DNA from: Eledone cirrhosa
Taxonomy: Eukaryota
NCBI GenBank assembly: GCA_964016885.1
Contig: OZ024743.1
Location: 286,688,001 to 286,752,000, forward strand
Reading direction: 5' to 3'
DNA: 64,000 nt
Positions 13,633-27,798 of the stretch are shown piece after piece. The first letter of the stretch is position 1. The number at the start of each line of letters is the position of its first letter. Under the pieces are notes generated by a model that saw nothing but the letters and a program-made list of their open reading frames with translations, was not told where the DNA came from and searched no databases. Position numbers and translations under genes: made by a program.

Positions 13633-13893
13633 GGAGGCATATGGCTTAGTGGTTAGAGCATTGGGCTTGCAATCGAAAGGGTGTGAGTTCAATTCTCAGA
13701 CCAGGCGATGTGTTGTTTCCTTGAGCAAGACACTTTATTTCACATTGCTCCAGTTTACTCAGCTGTAGAAATGAGATGATAGGACTGGGGTCCCTATCAT
13801 TCCACTGCAAAATGGTCGTGGAGGTGCCACAGCAAAAAAGCACCCAGCACTCACTGTAAAGTGGATGTGTAGGCGCCACGGAAAAAAAAAAAA
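13633..13893 (+). mobile_element. SINE family B (tRNA head plus RTE-derived 3' modules), 3'-incomplete
   Basis: A box TGGCTTAGTGG, B box GAGTTCAATTC, core CCTTGAGCAAGACACTT; ends in an A run. Confidence 0.88.
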
Positions 13894-13906
13894 TGTATAT
13901 ATTAAT

Positions 13907-14246
13907 GGAGGCACATGGCTTAGTGGTTAGAGCATTGGCCTTGCAATCGAAAGGTTGTGGGTTCAATTCTCAGACCAGGGGATGTGTTGTTTCCTTGAGA
14001 AAGACACTTTATTTCACATTGCTCCAGTTTACTCAGCTGTAGAAATGAGATGATAGGGACTGGGGTCCATATCATTCCACTGTAAAGTGGTCGTGGAGGT
14101 GCCACGGCAAAAAAGCACCCAGCACTCACTGTAAATGAGGTTGGTGTTAGGAAGGGCATCCAGCTGTAGAAATCAAGTCAGAATCAGTTCCCGTCCCACC
14201 CTTGCAAGCAGGGAAAAAGCGGACGTAAAATGATGATGATGATGAT
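13907..14246 (+). mobile_element. SINE family B, full-length
   Basis: A and B boxes, core, GTTAGGAAGGGCATCCAGCTGTAGAAA and a (TGA)n tail. Confidence 0.9.
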
Positions 14247-14521
14247 AGTGAACATAATTGATCATCGTCTATTACTAGTATTTAGTTTATCAAAATTAGT
14301 AATCATGGCTGCATGGTTAAGCAGTTTGCTTTACAGCCATTATGAGGTTTCAGGTTCAATTTTAATGCATGGCAAATTTTAATGCATGGCAAAGTATCTT
14401 CTATTGTAGTATCTGTTCTCAGATTGTTTAAAACTTTATGAGTGAAATTTGGTAGACAGAAGCTAAGTGGGAGCCTGTTCAAAAAATGGTTTCTGTGTTT
14501 AGGTTATAGATTTAATTAATA

Positions 14522-15616
14522 CTAGCAGTGTATCATTGGTAATAGCACCTCCAATGAGAAACGTTTATTTGTGAGTGCCTGTTAAAAACTCACGAAAATA
14601 TACCGACAGGAAACTTGTTTTATTTGGAGAAAATTAAGAAGTTGAAAGTACAGTTTAGCTGTCTATGTGCATTGTTCATAGAAATATTGTTGAGCCCTTT
14701 CTTTTCTTACTCCTCTGTTTTGGCCTTTTGGAGTAAATATGAAAGAGAAAGTCACAGGTTAAATTGGCAGAAGGTTCCAGTGTCATAGCAGTAAGGCGTA
14801 GGCTACTTACCTCAAAAGTTCATTCGCACTCTTTTCACTAAGTTACTCTTTCTCTCTATCCCTCTCGGTGCAGTCCCTTGCAAATTTCTCACACCCGATC
14901 CATCTGCCCGAGTGACCAGCAGTATGTTGTTCGGTATTATTACGAAAAGGTGTAGCAGAGAATCCCGCGTGAACTAACAACTCGGGAGGAAACTGGTTAC
15001 CTTGAAGATTCATTTGCCATCGTTCTTGTCAATGCTCCGTTTAGTTGGTATTTGTTGGTCTACAGTTAGATGAATGGTGCACAAGGGGTTAATGTTTATT
15101 GGCAAGAAGTGCAACTGGGCTGGCTTGCCTCGCTTATATTATATATTAAAATAACAGATTAAAGTTTAAGCAAAGAATCGCTGCTTTCACCCTTAACGAG
15201 ATCTTCTGAAACTTGAAAAATCAATCTGTGAACGCAGAAGTAAATATTTCGAAAAACGTTGCAACCGAAGGAAAACAGGAAGACGATACTTTGGTTTGTG
15301 ATGACGTTCCCTGGCAATGAACCGAAAATAACGAACATAATACATCATCAATGTTTGTCAGAATGTCGTAATGCAGACAGCCAGGCATACAGACAGATAT
15401 TATAAGGGTGCGACGGAGATGGATAACCGGCGCCTAACACCCCTTTACCAACAGAAAATTGAAAAATAAAAGCTGCAGTTAATATCTTTAGACCGCAAGG
15501 AATATATAAATGCAAGTTTGAAGTCAATCGGAGTAGAAATGTGGATTTGTATAGACTTTGCAAAAAGGATGACACACACACACACAGACAACTACAGTTT
15601 TATATATATGTATAGA
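14522..15616 (-). mobile_element. Non-autonomous Helitron-like element
   Basis: Minus strand starts TC and ends CTAG at an A|T site; both ends are homologous to the 34830-36567 copy. The 3' hairpin is missing in this copy. Confidence 0.7.
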
Positions 15617-16194
15617 TAACTGAAGGGTTCTTCCAACAGGAGGATTCTTTGGCTGTATCAAACATGACACCCTCCATAGTGTTGGTGATTTACATATGTG
15701 CACTCAGTACACCCTGTAAAGTGATTGGTGATAGGAAGGGCATCCAGTCATAGAAAATTTGTCAAACAAACGATCAGGATGACTCTTCAGCTATGTCAAA
15801 GATATGACAACTTCCTTAGTAATAAACCTGCCAAACAAAGGATTGGGAAGATTCTTAGCTATGTCAAAGGCATGATGATTTCCCTAGTGTTGGTACCACA
15901 ATAAAATGCACTTGGTGGAGTATGGAATCGTATGTTGGAACCCTGGCCTACATGGAGGCTTCACTTGAGTACTGACAAGTCTGTGACAACATGTTCAACT
16001 CTTGTTAGCAGAAAAAACCCAACAAAAAACAAACTTTAAATGCTGCTGCTATTAATGATCTATATATTGGACTAGGGTGATGTGTAACATATACCACTTC
16101 TGTCCATTATATTCTAACAATTTATGTTAGAAACATGTGTTTTGGTAGCTTTGCAAAATGCAAAACATTTTCAAATACATACACACACACACAT

Positions 16195-17890
16195 ATCTTC
16201 TTCTTCACCCATTTATTTTTGGGAGTGTCATGGGGGCACAGTCCCCAGACATGCTTTCCAGAGTGTCCTATCAGAAGCTGCCATCTCCAATTGATTCAGC
16301 TGGATTTCCAAGGGAAACCAACATGTTGCTCATGGACTAACTCCAAGTATCTTGCTCATGGTCTAACTCTGAGTATCTTTCTAACTGGCTTTGTCCATAA
16401 AATCTGTCCATGAATTTTTTCCTAAGACATTCTAACCATATGTCAGTTATATCAGAGCTGTAATATCTCAATTTGGGGAAGTAGCAGCTCTACCTGAAGT
16501 GACTCCTTGATCTCCAAGCTATGCACCCTATCAAGTAATGTTACTCCAAAAACTCTTCAGAAGAACCCCATTTTGGCTGCTTATATTTATAATCATTTTC
16601 TTTTGGTCATTACTAAAGATTCATGTCTGTAGGTAAGGGTTGGCATGAACACCAAATTGAAGATGGCGTTTTACACTTACCTCCCTTCTTCTGATAACCA
16701 AATACTGAAACTGGTACATTATTGCACCAACTCCTCCAATCCTTGAACTTCTCCACCTGCTTCAGTGTAACTCCACTCAAATGCAGAGTCAGCACTGATT
16801 TTCATCCCTACTATGCAGCACTCAGCAGCAAACCTATCTAGTGTATGTTGGAGATCATCTTCCAGCAAGTTAAGTAGTGCTATCATCATCATCATCATCA
16901 TCATCATTTCATTTTACGTCCGCTTTTTCCCTGCTTGCAAGGGTGGGACGGGAACTGATTCTGGCTTGATTTCTACAGCTGGATGCCCTTCCTAACACCA
17001 ACCTCATTTACAGTGAGTGCTGGGTGCTTTTTTTGCCGTGGCACCTCCACGACCACTTTGCAGTGGAATGATAGGGACCCCAGTCCCTATCATCTCATTT
17101 CTACAGCTGAGTAAACTGGAGCAATGTGAAATAAAGTGTCTTGCTCAAGGAAACAACACATCACCCGGTCTGAGAATTGAACTCACAACCTTTTGGTTGC
17201 AAGGCCAATGCTCTAACCACTAAGTCATGTGCCTCCATTGTTGTCTGCAAACTCAAGCTGATTGATCTTCCACATGCTGGTCATGATACCACTTCCAACT
17301 TTGCTGTACATCTCAATCCTGTTCATGAAGCCTATGTTAACTGTCTGGCAAAGATATGTAAGGATATTGTCAAGACCAAGCTAGCTGAAGAACAGTGTGG
17401 TTTTTGACCTGGATGTTGACTAAATGTTCATACTGTGGCAGGTTTTTGAGAAATCATGGGAGTATTGCTAAGAGGTGTGTGTTTGTTGTGTAGACTTAGA
17501 AGAGGCATATAACTGCATCCCACGGAACTTGTCGTGGAAGGCTCTGCAGGAGAATTGGATCAATGAACAGAATTCTATTGCTTTGGAGTCTCTATATAAA
17601 TGCCTTAGTATTTGTGTTCAGATAAATGTAGGTGTTGGACTCTGCCATAGGTGTATACGGTCACGTAACCTATATGTGTCTGTAAAGAATAAGCTGGAGA
17701 GGTTTAGGGAGCTAGTACCTCTGCTGATAACAAAGGGCTTCTCTCTCATAATGAAGTGTAGACTGTATGATGTCAGCATGTGAATTACAATGCTACATGG
17801 CAGTGAAACATGAGCCTTGACTGCAGAAAATCTCTGAAAGCTTGAAAGAAATCAAGTGAGTATGTTCTGGGGGATGTATAATGTTAGTGC
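16195..17890. mobile_element. Fragments of a second RTE family in both orientations, split by a SINE
   Basis: Minus 16195-16880 gives FGVTLLDRV..LEIKESLQVE. Plus 17240-17640 gives LAEEQCGF...VDLEEAYNCIPR. Plus 17680-17890 resembles the PHD-RTE family. Confidence 0.7.
16882..17236 (-). mobile_element. SINE family B, full-length
   Basis: Near-identical reverse complement of 13907-14246. Confidence 0.9.
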
Positions 17891-18064
17891 ACACGAAGGA
17901 TGCCATTTAACATCCATTTTCCACTCTAGCAAGGGTTATATGACTTCTCTGAGGCAAGTTAGATCAGGTGTCTATGTCTTGCTCATACAGAACTGTTTTT
18001 ATATATATATTTCTATATAAGTAACACATGGTCATCTGATCTGGCTTGTCTCACAGGGGGATAG

Positions 18065-21000
18065 CTTGTCTTACCTCATTAACATAAAATCATCTTACCT
18101 CATTAACAATATTTTCCTACCTCATTAACATAATATTGTCCTACCTCATTAACATAAAATTATCTTATCTCATTAACATAACATTGTCCCACCTCATTAA
18201 CATAAAATTGTCTTACCTCGTTAAAATAATATTGTCCAACCTCATTAACATAATATTGTCCTACCTCATTAATATATTTTCCTATCTCATTAACATAATA
18301 TTGTCCAACCTTATTAACATAAAATTATCTTACCTCATTAACATAAAATTGTCTTACTTGATTAGCATAAAATTATCTTACCTCATTTACATGATATTTT
18401 CCTACCTCATTAACATAAACTTAACAAAATATTTTTTTACCTCATTAACATAAAATTATCTTACCTCATTAACATAATATTGTCCAACCTCATTACCAAA
18501 ATTATCTTACATCATTAACATAAGATTTTCCTACCTCATTAACATAAAATTATTGTACCTCATTAACATAATATTGTCTGACCTCATTAACATAAAATTA
18601 TCTTACCTCGTTAACATAATATTGTCCAACCTCATAACATAACATTGCCCTACCTCATTAACATAAAATTATCATACCTTATTAACATAAAATTATATAA
18701 CCTCATTAACTTAATATTGTCCTACCTCATTAAAATAACATTGTCCTACCTCATGAACATAAAATTATCTTACCTCATTAATATAACATTGTCCTACCTC
18801 ATTAACATAAAATTATCTTACCTCATTAACATGTTTTCCCACCTCATTAACATAACAATGTCCTACCTCATTAACATAAAATTGACCTACCTCATTAACA
18901 TAAAACGATATTACCTCATTAAGATACTATTGTCCAACCTCATTAACATAACATTGTCCTACCTCATTAACATAAAATTGTCTTATCTCATTAACATAAT
19001 ATTGTCCTACTTTATTAACATAAAATTGTCCTTACATTATTAACATAATATTGTCCTACCTCATTAACATAAAATTATCTTACCTCATTAACATAATATT
19101 GTCCTACTTCATTAACATAATATTGTCCTACCTCATTAACATAATATTGTCCTTCCTCATTAACATAAAATTGTCTTATCTCATTAAAATAATATTGTCC
19201 TACTTCGTTAACATAAAATTGTCCTTAATTTATTAACATAAAATTATATTACCTCATTAACATAATATTGTCCAACCTCATTAACATAAAATTATCTTAG
19301 CTCATTAACATAATATTGTCCAACCTCATAACATAACATTGCCCTACCACATTAACATAAAATTATCATACCTTATTAACATAAAATTATATAACCACAT
19401 TAACTTAATATTGTCCTACCTCATTAAGATAACATTGTCCTACCTCATGAACATAAAATTATCTTACCTCATTAATATAAGATTGTCCTACCTCATTAAC
19501 ATAAAATGATCTTACCTCATTAACATGTTTTCCCACCTCATTAACATAACAATGTCCTACCTCATTAACATAACATTGTCCTACCTCATTAACATAAAAA
19601 TATCTTACCTCATTAACATAATATTGTCCTACCTCATTAACATAAAATTGACCTACCTCATTAACATAAACCGATATTACCTCATTAAGATAATATTGTC
19701 CAACCTCATTAACATAACATTGTCCTACTTCATTAACATAAAATTATCTTACCTCATTAACATAATATTGTCCTACCTCATTAACATAAAATTGTCTTAT
19801 CTCATTAAGATAATATTGTCCTACTTTATTAACATAAAATTGTCCTTACATCATTAACATAAAATCATCTTATCTCATTAACATAATATTGTTCTGTCTC
19901 ATTAATGTAAAATTATCTTACCTTATTAACATAATTGTTTCTACTTTAGGCACAAGGCCAGCAATTACCCAGTGCATTACTGGTACTTTATTTTATCGAC
20001 CCCGTAAGGATGAAAGGCAAAGTCAACCTCGGCGGGATTTGAACTCAGATCGTAAAGGGACATAACTATGCTGGAAAGCATGGCGTCCGACCCTCTACCG
20101 ATACTGCCAATCCATTACCTTATTAACATAATATTGTGCAACTCCATAACATAACATTTCCCTAGCTCATTAACGTAAAATTATCTTAGCTCATTAACAT
20201 AATATTGTCCAACCTCATTAACATAATCTTGTCCTACCTTATTAACATAAAATTATCATATTTCATTAATATAACAATGCCCAACCTCATTAACATAATC
20301 TTGTCCTACCTCATTAACATAAAAATATCTTACCTCATTAACATAATATTGTCCTACCTCATTAACATTAAATTGTCCTACCTCATTAACATAATATTGT
20401 CCTGTCTCATTAACATAAAATTATCTTACCTCATTAACATAATATTGTCCACCTCATTAACATAATATTGTCCTACCTTATTAACATAAAATTATCTTAT
20501 TACATTAACATAACATTGTCCTACCTCATTAACATAAAATTATCTTACCTCATTAGCATTTTTTCCTACCTCATTAACATAACACTGTCCTACCTCATTA
20601 ACATAAAATTATCTTATCTCATTAACATAATATTGCCCTACCTCATTAACATAAAATTATATTACCTCATTAACATAATATTGTCCGACCTCATTAACAT
20701 AAAATTATCTGACCTCATTAACATAATATTTTCCTACATATAATACTACATTAACATAAAATTGTCTTATCTCGTTAATATAATATTGTCCTATCTTATT
20801 AACATAAAATTATCTTTCCTCATTAACATAACATTGTCCTACTTCGTTAACATAAAATTGTCCTTACATCATTAACATAAAATTATCTTTCCTCATTAAA
20901 ATAATATTGTCCTGTCTCATTAACATAAACTTATCTTAGCTCCTTAACATAATATTGTCCAACCTCATAACATAACATTGCCCTACCTCATTAACATAAC

Positions 21001-21941
21001 AATGACCTACCTCATTAACATATCATTGTCCCACCTCATTAACATATCATTGTCTCACCTCATTAACATGAAATTATATTACCTCATTAATATAATATTG
21101 TCCTATGTCCTACCTCATAACATAACATTGCCCTACCTCATTAACATAAAATTATCATACCTTATAAACATAAAATTATATAACCTCATTAACATAACAT
21201 TGTCCTGCCTCATGAACATAAAATTATCTTACCGCATTAATATAACATTGTACAACCTCATTAACATAAAATTATCTTACTTCAATAACATGTTTTCCTA
21301 CCTCATTAACATAACAATGTCCTACCTCATTAACATAACATTGTCCTACCTCATTAACATAATATTGTCCTACCTCATTAACATAAAATTGATCTACCTC
21401 ATTAACATAAAACTATATTACCTCCTTAACATAATATTTTCCAACCTCATTAACATAATATTGTCCTACTTTATCAACATAAAATTATCTTACCTCATTC
21501 ACATAATATTGTCCTGTCTCATTAACATAAAATTATCTTACCTTATTAAGATAATATTGTGCAACCTCATAACATAACATTGCCCTATCTCATTAACATA
21601 AAATTATCTTACCTCATTATCATAATATTGTCCAACCTCATTAACATAATCTTGTCCTACCTTATTAACATAAAATTATCTTATCTCATTAATATAACAT
21701 TGTCCTACCTCATTAACATAAAATTATATTACCTTATTAACATAATATTGTCATACCTTATTAACACAAAATTATCTTACCTCATTAACATAATATTGTC
21801 CTACTTCATTAACATAAAATTGTCCTACCTCATTAACATAAAATTATATTACCTCATTAACATAATATTGTCCTGTCTCATTAACATAAAATTATCTTAT
21901 CTCATTAACATAATATTTTCCTACCTCATTAACATAACATT
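18065..21941. repeat. 24-bp satellite array (about 150 units), consensus CCTCATTAACATAA(A/T/C)ATT(A/G)TC(T/C)TA
   Basis: Continuous tandem periodicity, seen as the 8-aa YLINIKLS repeat in the ORF track. Confidence 0.97.
19936..20114 (-). mobile_element. SINE family A inserted in the satellite, 18-bp TSD
   Basis: TSD TTACCTTATTAACATAAT at 19918-19935 and 20115-20132. Confidence 0.92.
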
Positions 21942-21964
21942 GTGATGACGATTATGTATATATA

Positions 21965-22620
21965 TATAAGTATGTATACGTACATACATATATGTATACA
22001 GACGTACAGTAGTATGTATATATATATACATACATGCACACATATATATATGTACGTATGGATTCACCGAACATTTATTATAATGCTCGGTGTGTTTGTA
22101 AACAAACATCCCAAATTAAGCTGTACAGTGTCTAGCAACCATCGTTGCTCATTTGTTCAACACTAACAAAGGAACGCTGTACCAGTTTCAAGCTTATTAG
22201 CTATCGTCAGCAACGTATACCTTCCTGCCAGACGGTTGAACGTCTGAAAGTATATACTTTCCTTATGCATATTAAAGGCTGAGCAGTCTAATTTGCATAT
22301 CGAGTGAGTTAATCGGCCGGCATACCGAAAACGATAAAAGGAAAAAATGAAACGAATACATACTTATATTTAAGTAACAGCCGTACTAAGAGTGAGAAAT
22401 GAAATTTTGTTTCATTTTTTCCGTTTACAAACACACCGAGCATTATAATAAATGTTCGGTGAATCCATACGTACATATATATATGTGTGCATGTATGTAT
22501 ATATATATACATACTACTGTACGTCTGTATACATATATGTATGTACGTATACATACTTATATTTAAGTAACAACCGTACTAAGAGTGAGAAATGAAATTT
22601 CGTTTCATTTTTCTGTTTAT
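21965..22620. mobile_element. Non-autonomous PLE-type module (inverted plus partial tandem repeat)
   Basis: About 21965-22101 is the reverse complement of about 22423-22562; about 22356-22427 is directly repeated at about 22549-22619; HHR at 22174-22216. Confidence 0.75.
22174..22216 (-). ncRNA. Minimal type I hammerhead ribozyme
   Basis: Minus strand: ACGTTG-CTGACGA-tAGCTaataAGCTt-GAAA-CTGGTA-CAGCGT. GUA triplet and quasi-palindromic ACTGGT stem III. Confidence 0.85.
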
Positions 22621-25170
22621 ATATATATAATTTCTGATGTATGAGGGATTACATGCTACCAATCATCACTCAATCTCTCAAGTGCCTTTTTATCATTCAT
22701 ATTTCATTTTATTTCACAACTCATCCTTCTCTCTCTTTCTGTACCTCCTTTCTCCTATACCTAACTCTCATTTATTACACCCTCCTACACTTTTCTGTTC
22801 TGTCTACCACCTCCACATGCCAATTCACTTTGTTTCTCACATCATAACCTCACATTCCCCTCTCTCTTACCCTGCTGCTTCTGTCATTGGTCTTTCTTCT
22901 ATCCCCTCTTTGGGTCATGTTGTCTTGACTCAACAGAGACAATGTAGGGTAGTTAGTACCCTTTAATCTTGTGAGTTCCGAGCCAAACTCACTAGTTCTG
23001 GTACCATGATAAAATGCACCAAATACACTCTGCAAAGTGGTTGTTGTTAAGAAGGGCATTTGGCTGTAGAAACCATATCTCAAATGGAATGTTCTCCAAT
23101 TTATCCAGTCTGAAACTGTAACAACCCATCAAACTCAAGCCCACATGGAAAGCAGACATAATGATGATGATAATGATATCACCCTCCTCTTCATCATTTT
23201 ACACCTGCTTTCCATGTTGAATGATATGTTCATATACATACATGCCTACATACAAAGATACATACATACATGTATATACATACACATATATATATATATA
23301 CACATGCATGCGTATATATACATACACATATATATATATACACATATTCATACATAATAATTATACACACACACATCATCATCATCATCATATATATATG
23401 TAAAGATATTCTAGGTAGGTCAACCCCTCTCAAATTAATCTTTTTTGTGAGCATGTGTTGAACATAACATTGCAAGCCAATGAAACATTCATTGATTTTA
23501 CAATGAAGTGAGTTGTGTCAATGCTTTGGTGTTTATGCTCAACAAGATGGATAGGGCCATTTGCAAGTTAAATATCTTGACAACTGACACTATTCAGTGC
23601 TAGCAAGAAGATGTGAACTGCTAATCCTTTGTCAAGAGTCCAACATTTTATCAATTTGACCATTCCAACAAAAGTTGATGAATAAATAAATATAAAATGA
23701 ATGAAATAAAACAGTTTTACTTTATGTAAGAATTTATTTAATGAAAAATATTAATACTTCTTTAAAGGAAAGAAAATATAGAGTCTCAGATTTTGAACAA
23801 TTTTGAATACAAAGAAATCAATATTTAACAGTCTTCCCTGACTGAGAAAAAAACAAGGTTAACAAAAATGGACTAAGGGTCATGAAATTAAAAACCATAG
23901 GAATGATAGAATTTCCAGAAGTTATTATTAGAAGAAATTGTATAATGGAGAAAGAATTAGAAAAAAAAAATTAGTAAGAAATACATTCTTTAATTTAAAC
24001 TTCTTTCTTATTTTTTAAAAATATACAGAGGAAAATAAAATATTTTCTAAATAGATTTGATGTCTCAATTTTAATATTTCACTGCTATAGAATAAATGGA
24101 AGGTTCTCCGTCACAAGTTAACAAGAATTTTCATGATAAACTTTCCCTGAATCTAAATCCAGTATAACCATCTTGACATCTTATCAGCTTTGAATTGAAA
24201 AGGAAACATCGAATATTGAAAATATCGATAAGGAAAGATGTTTTTCTTTCATCATTGTGATTATAATTGATGATTAGAAGATATGATAACAAAGAGAGCA
24301 GATTAAAAACGGATATGATTTGAAATAACAAAACAAGCAAACAATCACTGTCTTGGGAAGCATAGTAGAAATAGAAAATAATAGAATATATTTTAAATAT
24401 ATTTTAGTGATAGAATATCCGGATAAAAAAAAAGTATAAAAATAAAAGGGGAACGAAGCAGCCATTGTTTAGTGAAATTGTATAGGTGTGCTGTATTTTT
24501 ATTTAAAAAAAACAAACAAAAAAAAAAACAAACATTGAGACCAGCATATTTTATTTGTGGTTCACGTTTTCCATGTAACAGACTTCAGAAGTAAACATTA
24601 AAAATTCTTCTACAAAGATTCAGAAAGCTGTTCATACAATCAAATCATAGTGGATATTGAGCAGGATAATGAGCAGAAACTAAAAAGATAAACAAACAAA
24701 TTATACAATTCTTTGAATTCAATAAAATTCATGAAATCTTTAATGTAGAAATATAGCAAAAAAATGATTTCAAAACACAATTGGTTAGTTAAAGATTGGA
24801 ATTCTTGTATGTTACTATCACATATGTCATTGTGTTAACCACTATATAATTCACATTACCCAATAATTTGTTTTTCCATGAATTATATGGTCATGGTGGT
24901 GGTGGTGGTGATGATGATGATGATAACCTTTGATGAGGATGATGATAAAAATATTAATGAAAATGACAACAGTGGGGAAAGTGATTATCAAAACAATATG
25001 AATAAATAAATAATAATAATAATAAGCAGAGTAACAGTAACAGTAAATCTAAGGTTTACATAGACATAAAGCCTCATATTTATAAGAGACAGGGCAGTAG
25101 GGGTGAGAGAAAATATAGAAACAATGCCCCAGCAGCCATAACAATAACAACAACACCAATAATCTTTTAA

Positions 25171-25423
25171 CTCTTTTGATACAAAACCCCATAAACTGTC
25201 CCTGGTTCTATGATATAGAACTGTTTGTTTTAAAGTGTTTACACTTATCTAAAAATGTCTCATAATTTTTATATAAGAACCTTTATTAAGTGATGTTCCA
25301 AACACCAGCTTAATAATAAAAAAGTTCGTAATAGTACAAAATACCTCCAAATTCTTGATTATTTTCAAAATTATTTGAAAATCATAGGCAATGTCTTTCA
25401 TTAGAAATATGGTAATGAAAGGG
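25171..25423. mobile_element. piggyBac-type MITE
   Basis: TTAA-CTCTTT...AAAGGG-TTAA termini. Confidence 0.65.
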
Positions 25424-25662
25424 TTAATGCCTAGTTAAACATAGATCCAAGCAGATGTTAGCTCTTCTGGTATTTCAATGGCAACACTTAACCAAATAAC
25501 TTGTTTATCTTTCAGTATATTGTCAAAACTTTCTTAATTTTGGATCCTACACACATGTGCACATATGAATGCATACCTAATACATACTTTCCTGCATTAC
25601 AATTTGCACAACTTGCCTGCACTGTATCCTGTCCTGTTCCCAGTCGTTTGGATTATTGTTAC

Positions 25663-25841
25663 TGGATTGGCAGTATCGGTTGAGGGTCGGATGCCATGCT
25701 TTGCAACAAAGAGTTACGGCCCTTTATGATCTGAGTTCAAATCCCGCCGAGCTTAACTTTGCGTTTCTTACAGGGTCGATAAAATGAAGCACCAGTAATA
25801 CATTGGGTTAATTGCTGGCCTTGTGCCAAAAGTAGAAACAA
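25663..25841 (+). mobile_element. SINE family A
   Basis: Same head and core as the 4601 copy, with an (ATT)n tail. Confidence 0.88.
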
Positions 25842-25899
25842 TTATTATTATTATCATTATTATTATCATCATCATTATCATCATTGTTATTATTATTTT

Positions 25900-26245
25900 G
25901 GGTGTTATCACTACATTACTGAGCACAGCTTTGTGCACCTTGGGTATGTGCAGTGTGGTTTTTGGTGGTGTTTGTTCTATTGTATTGAGAGTACTCTTCA
26001 TAATATGTGTACAGTGCCTAGTAGTGCTATTTCTTGTATGATGTATATATTTGTGAGTCCTGGTGTTTTGGTTATGTATCTATTTGCATGCCTTTTTATC
26101 AATCCTAGAGCACCTATTATAATAGGTATTGTTTCTGTCTTCAACATCCACATTCGGGTTATTTCTATCTTTAGATCTTTATATTTGGATAGTTTCTCCA
26201 TTTCCTTGGAAGAAATGTTGTCAGTTGGGATTGATATATCAATTA
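25900..26245 (-). mobile_element. R4/Dong-type (RLE) LINE 3' end
   Basis: IDISIP...KEMEKLSKYKDLKIEITRMW...PIIIGALG, next to a (TAA/TGA)n tail. Confidence 0.8.
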
Positions 26246-27798
26246 GAATTATTATCATTATCATTATTTGTATATGTTTTCACTCTGCTGTTTTAGTCAA
26301 AAGACACTTCATTGTTTTCCTTTATGACTCTGCTGTCGAGTTTGCCTCTTTCTGGTAGTTTGTTCAAACCATCATGCTACTTAAGCTTGGTTTAATGTAA
26401 CCCCATTTTTATGTACAAAATTGCATTGCTTTGGACTTGGTCAATAAGGATGATAGATGCTTTTCTTCATTTCTACCACATGTCTAATTTTTTGTGTGCA
26501 ACTTTATTATTAATTACTACTGTAATCTTGACAATTCTCTCTCTCTCTCTTTCTCTATTCATGTTCTCTCTCTTCTGTTTGCTGACATATACTTTGTTCC
26601 TAGTCCTCAATTTCTGATCATTTTAAGATATTTTTTCACTACTTGACTTTGAAAGAGACAAGACATGTTTGCCAGCTCTCTCTTTTTGATGAATATTTCC
26701 TTCCTTCTCTGTTACCATTTGTACAACCATATCCTGTTTTGTTTCCGGTTGTAATATTTATTATTATCATTATTTGTTTATGCACTTGTTTAGTTGTTCC
26801 AGTTGAAACACACTCCATTGAATTAAAATTTTCAACATAACATCTGGGACATAGTAGCTTTTGTTAAATAATATGGGCATGCAAAAAGGAAAATGAAGGA
26901 AAGAAATGAAAGTGTTACTTTCTTTAAATGCTATCAGCCTTCATTCTTCATTCATAAGACCATATATTAAAAATATACCAAATAGTTTGCATTTTCCTCT
27001 CATCATTTTATGTCTGCTTTCTATGGGTTAGATGGATTTTTATGGTGCAAGTTAGTTCTTATTTGGAGTTGTTGCTCTCCTAGATGGTTTGGAGGACCAC
27101 ATCTTGCTTGCATGCTCCAATTTTGGTAAAGTTCCTATGGCTGGATGACCTTCATAACACCAACCATTTTACAGAGTGTGTTTTACTAAGGAACCAGCAC
27201 TATGTAGGTTCCCTTGTCTGCTGCAAGACTAAAAAGTCCTCTCCACTCTACATAATCTCCATTCTTTCAAGGCAAACAGGATCAAGAGGTTGATTAGAAG
27301 ATGAATGATGACCAAGAACTGAAAGAAGAGAGAGCATGATTTTGAGTGTGAAGGGAAAAACAGAATGCTGCAATAGTAGATGAGGAAGAGGGACAGTTAA
27401 TAATGAGTAAGAGGTTGAGTAGAAAACAGCATGAGCTATGTAAATGGGTAACACTAAGGATGTATCATTGCAGGAGAGAACAAGTGATAGATGGTACAAA
27501 GAAATGAAAGTTGTAGATGTCAGCTAAAAGTTTTATGGGAGAGAAAGAAAGTGATGGTCTTGAGGGAGAGGGTGAGGGTGTTGAATAATGACATGAGTGA
27601 TAGTTGGCAATAGATATCTGTGATGGCAACAGAATATGGTAAATGTCAACAAAATGACTCATGAGAGAGAGAGAGAGAATAATGTGAATATGGATAGCCC
27701 CAGAGCTAAGGTATAGTGTTAATGATAATGGGAGTAATAACGATATTGAGTAATGGTAGAGGGACTGGATATGGCTATATCAAACATTCTCAGTGAGT

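Noticed and set aside
13633-13990. tRNA-Cys genes
   Set aside because: The A/B boxes continue into SINE core and LINE-derived tails, and there is no proper acceptor stem.
18136-21945. YLINIKLS-repeat ORFs
   Set aside because: They are the translation of a 24-bp satellite, broken by frequent frameshifts and a SINE, with no other coding evidence.
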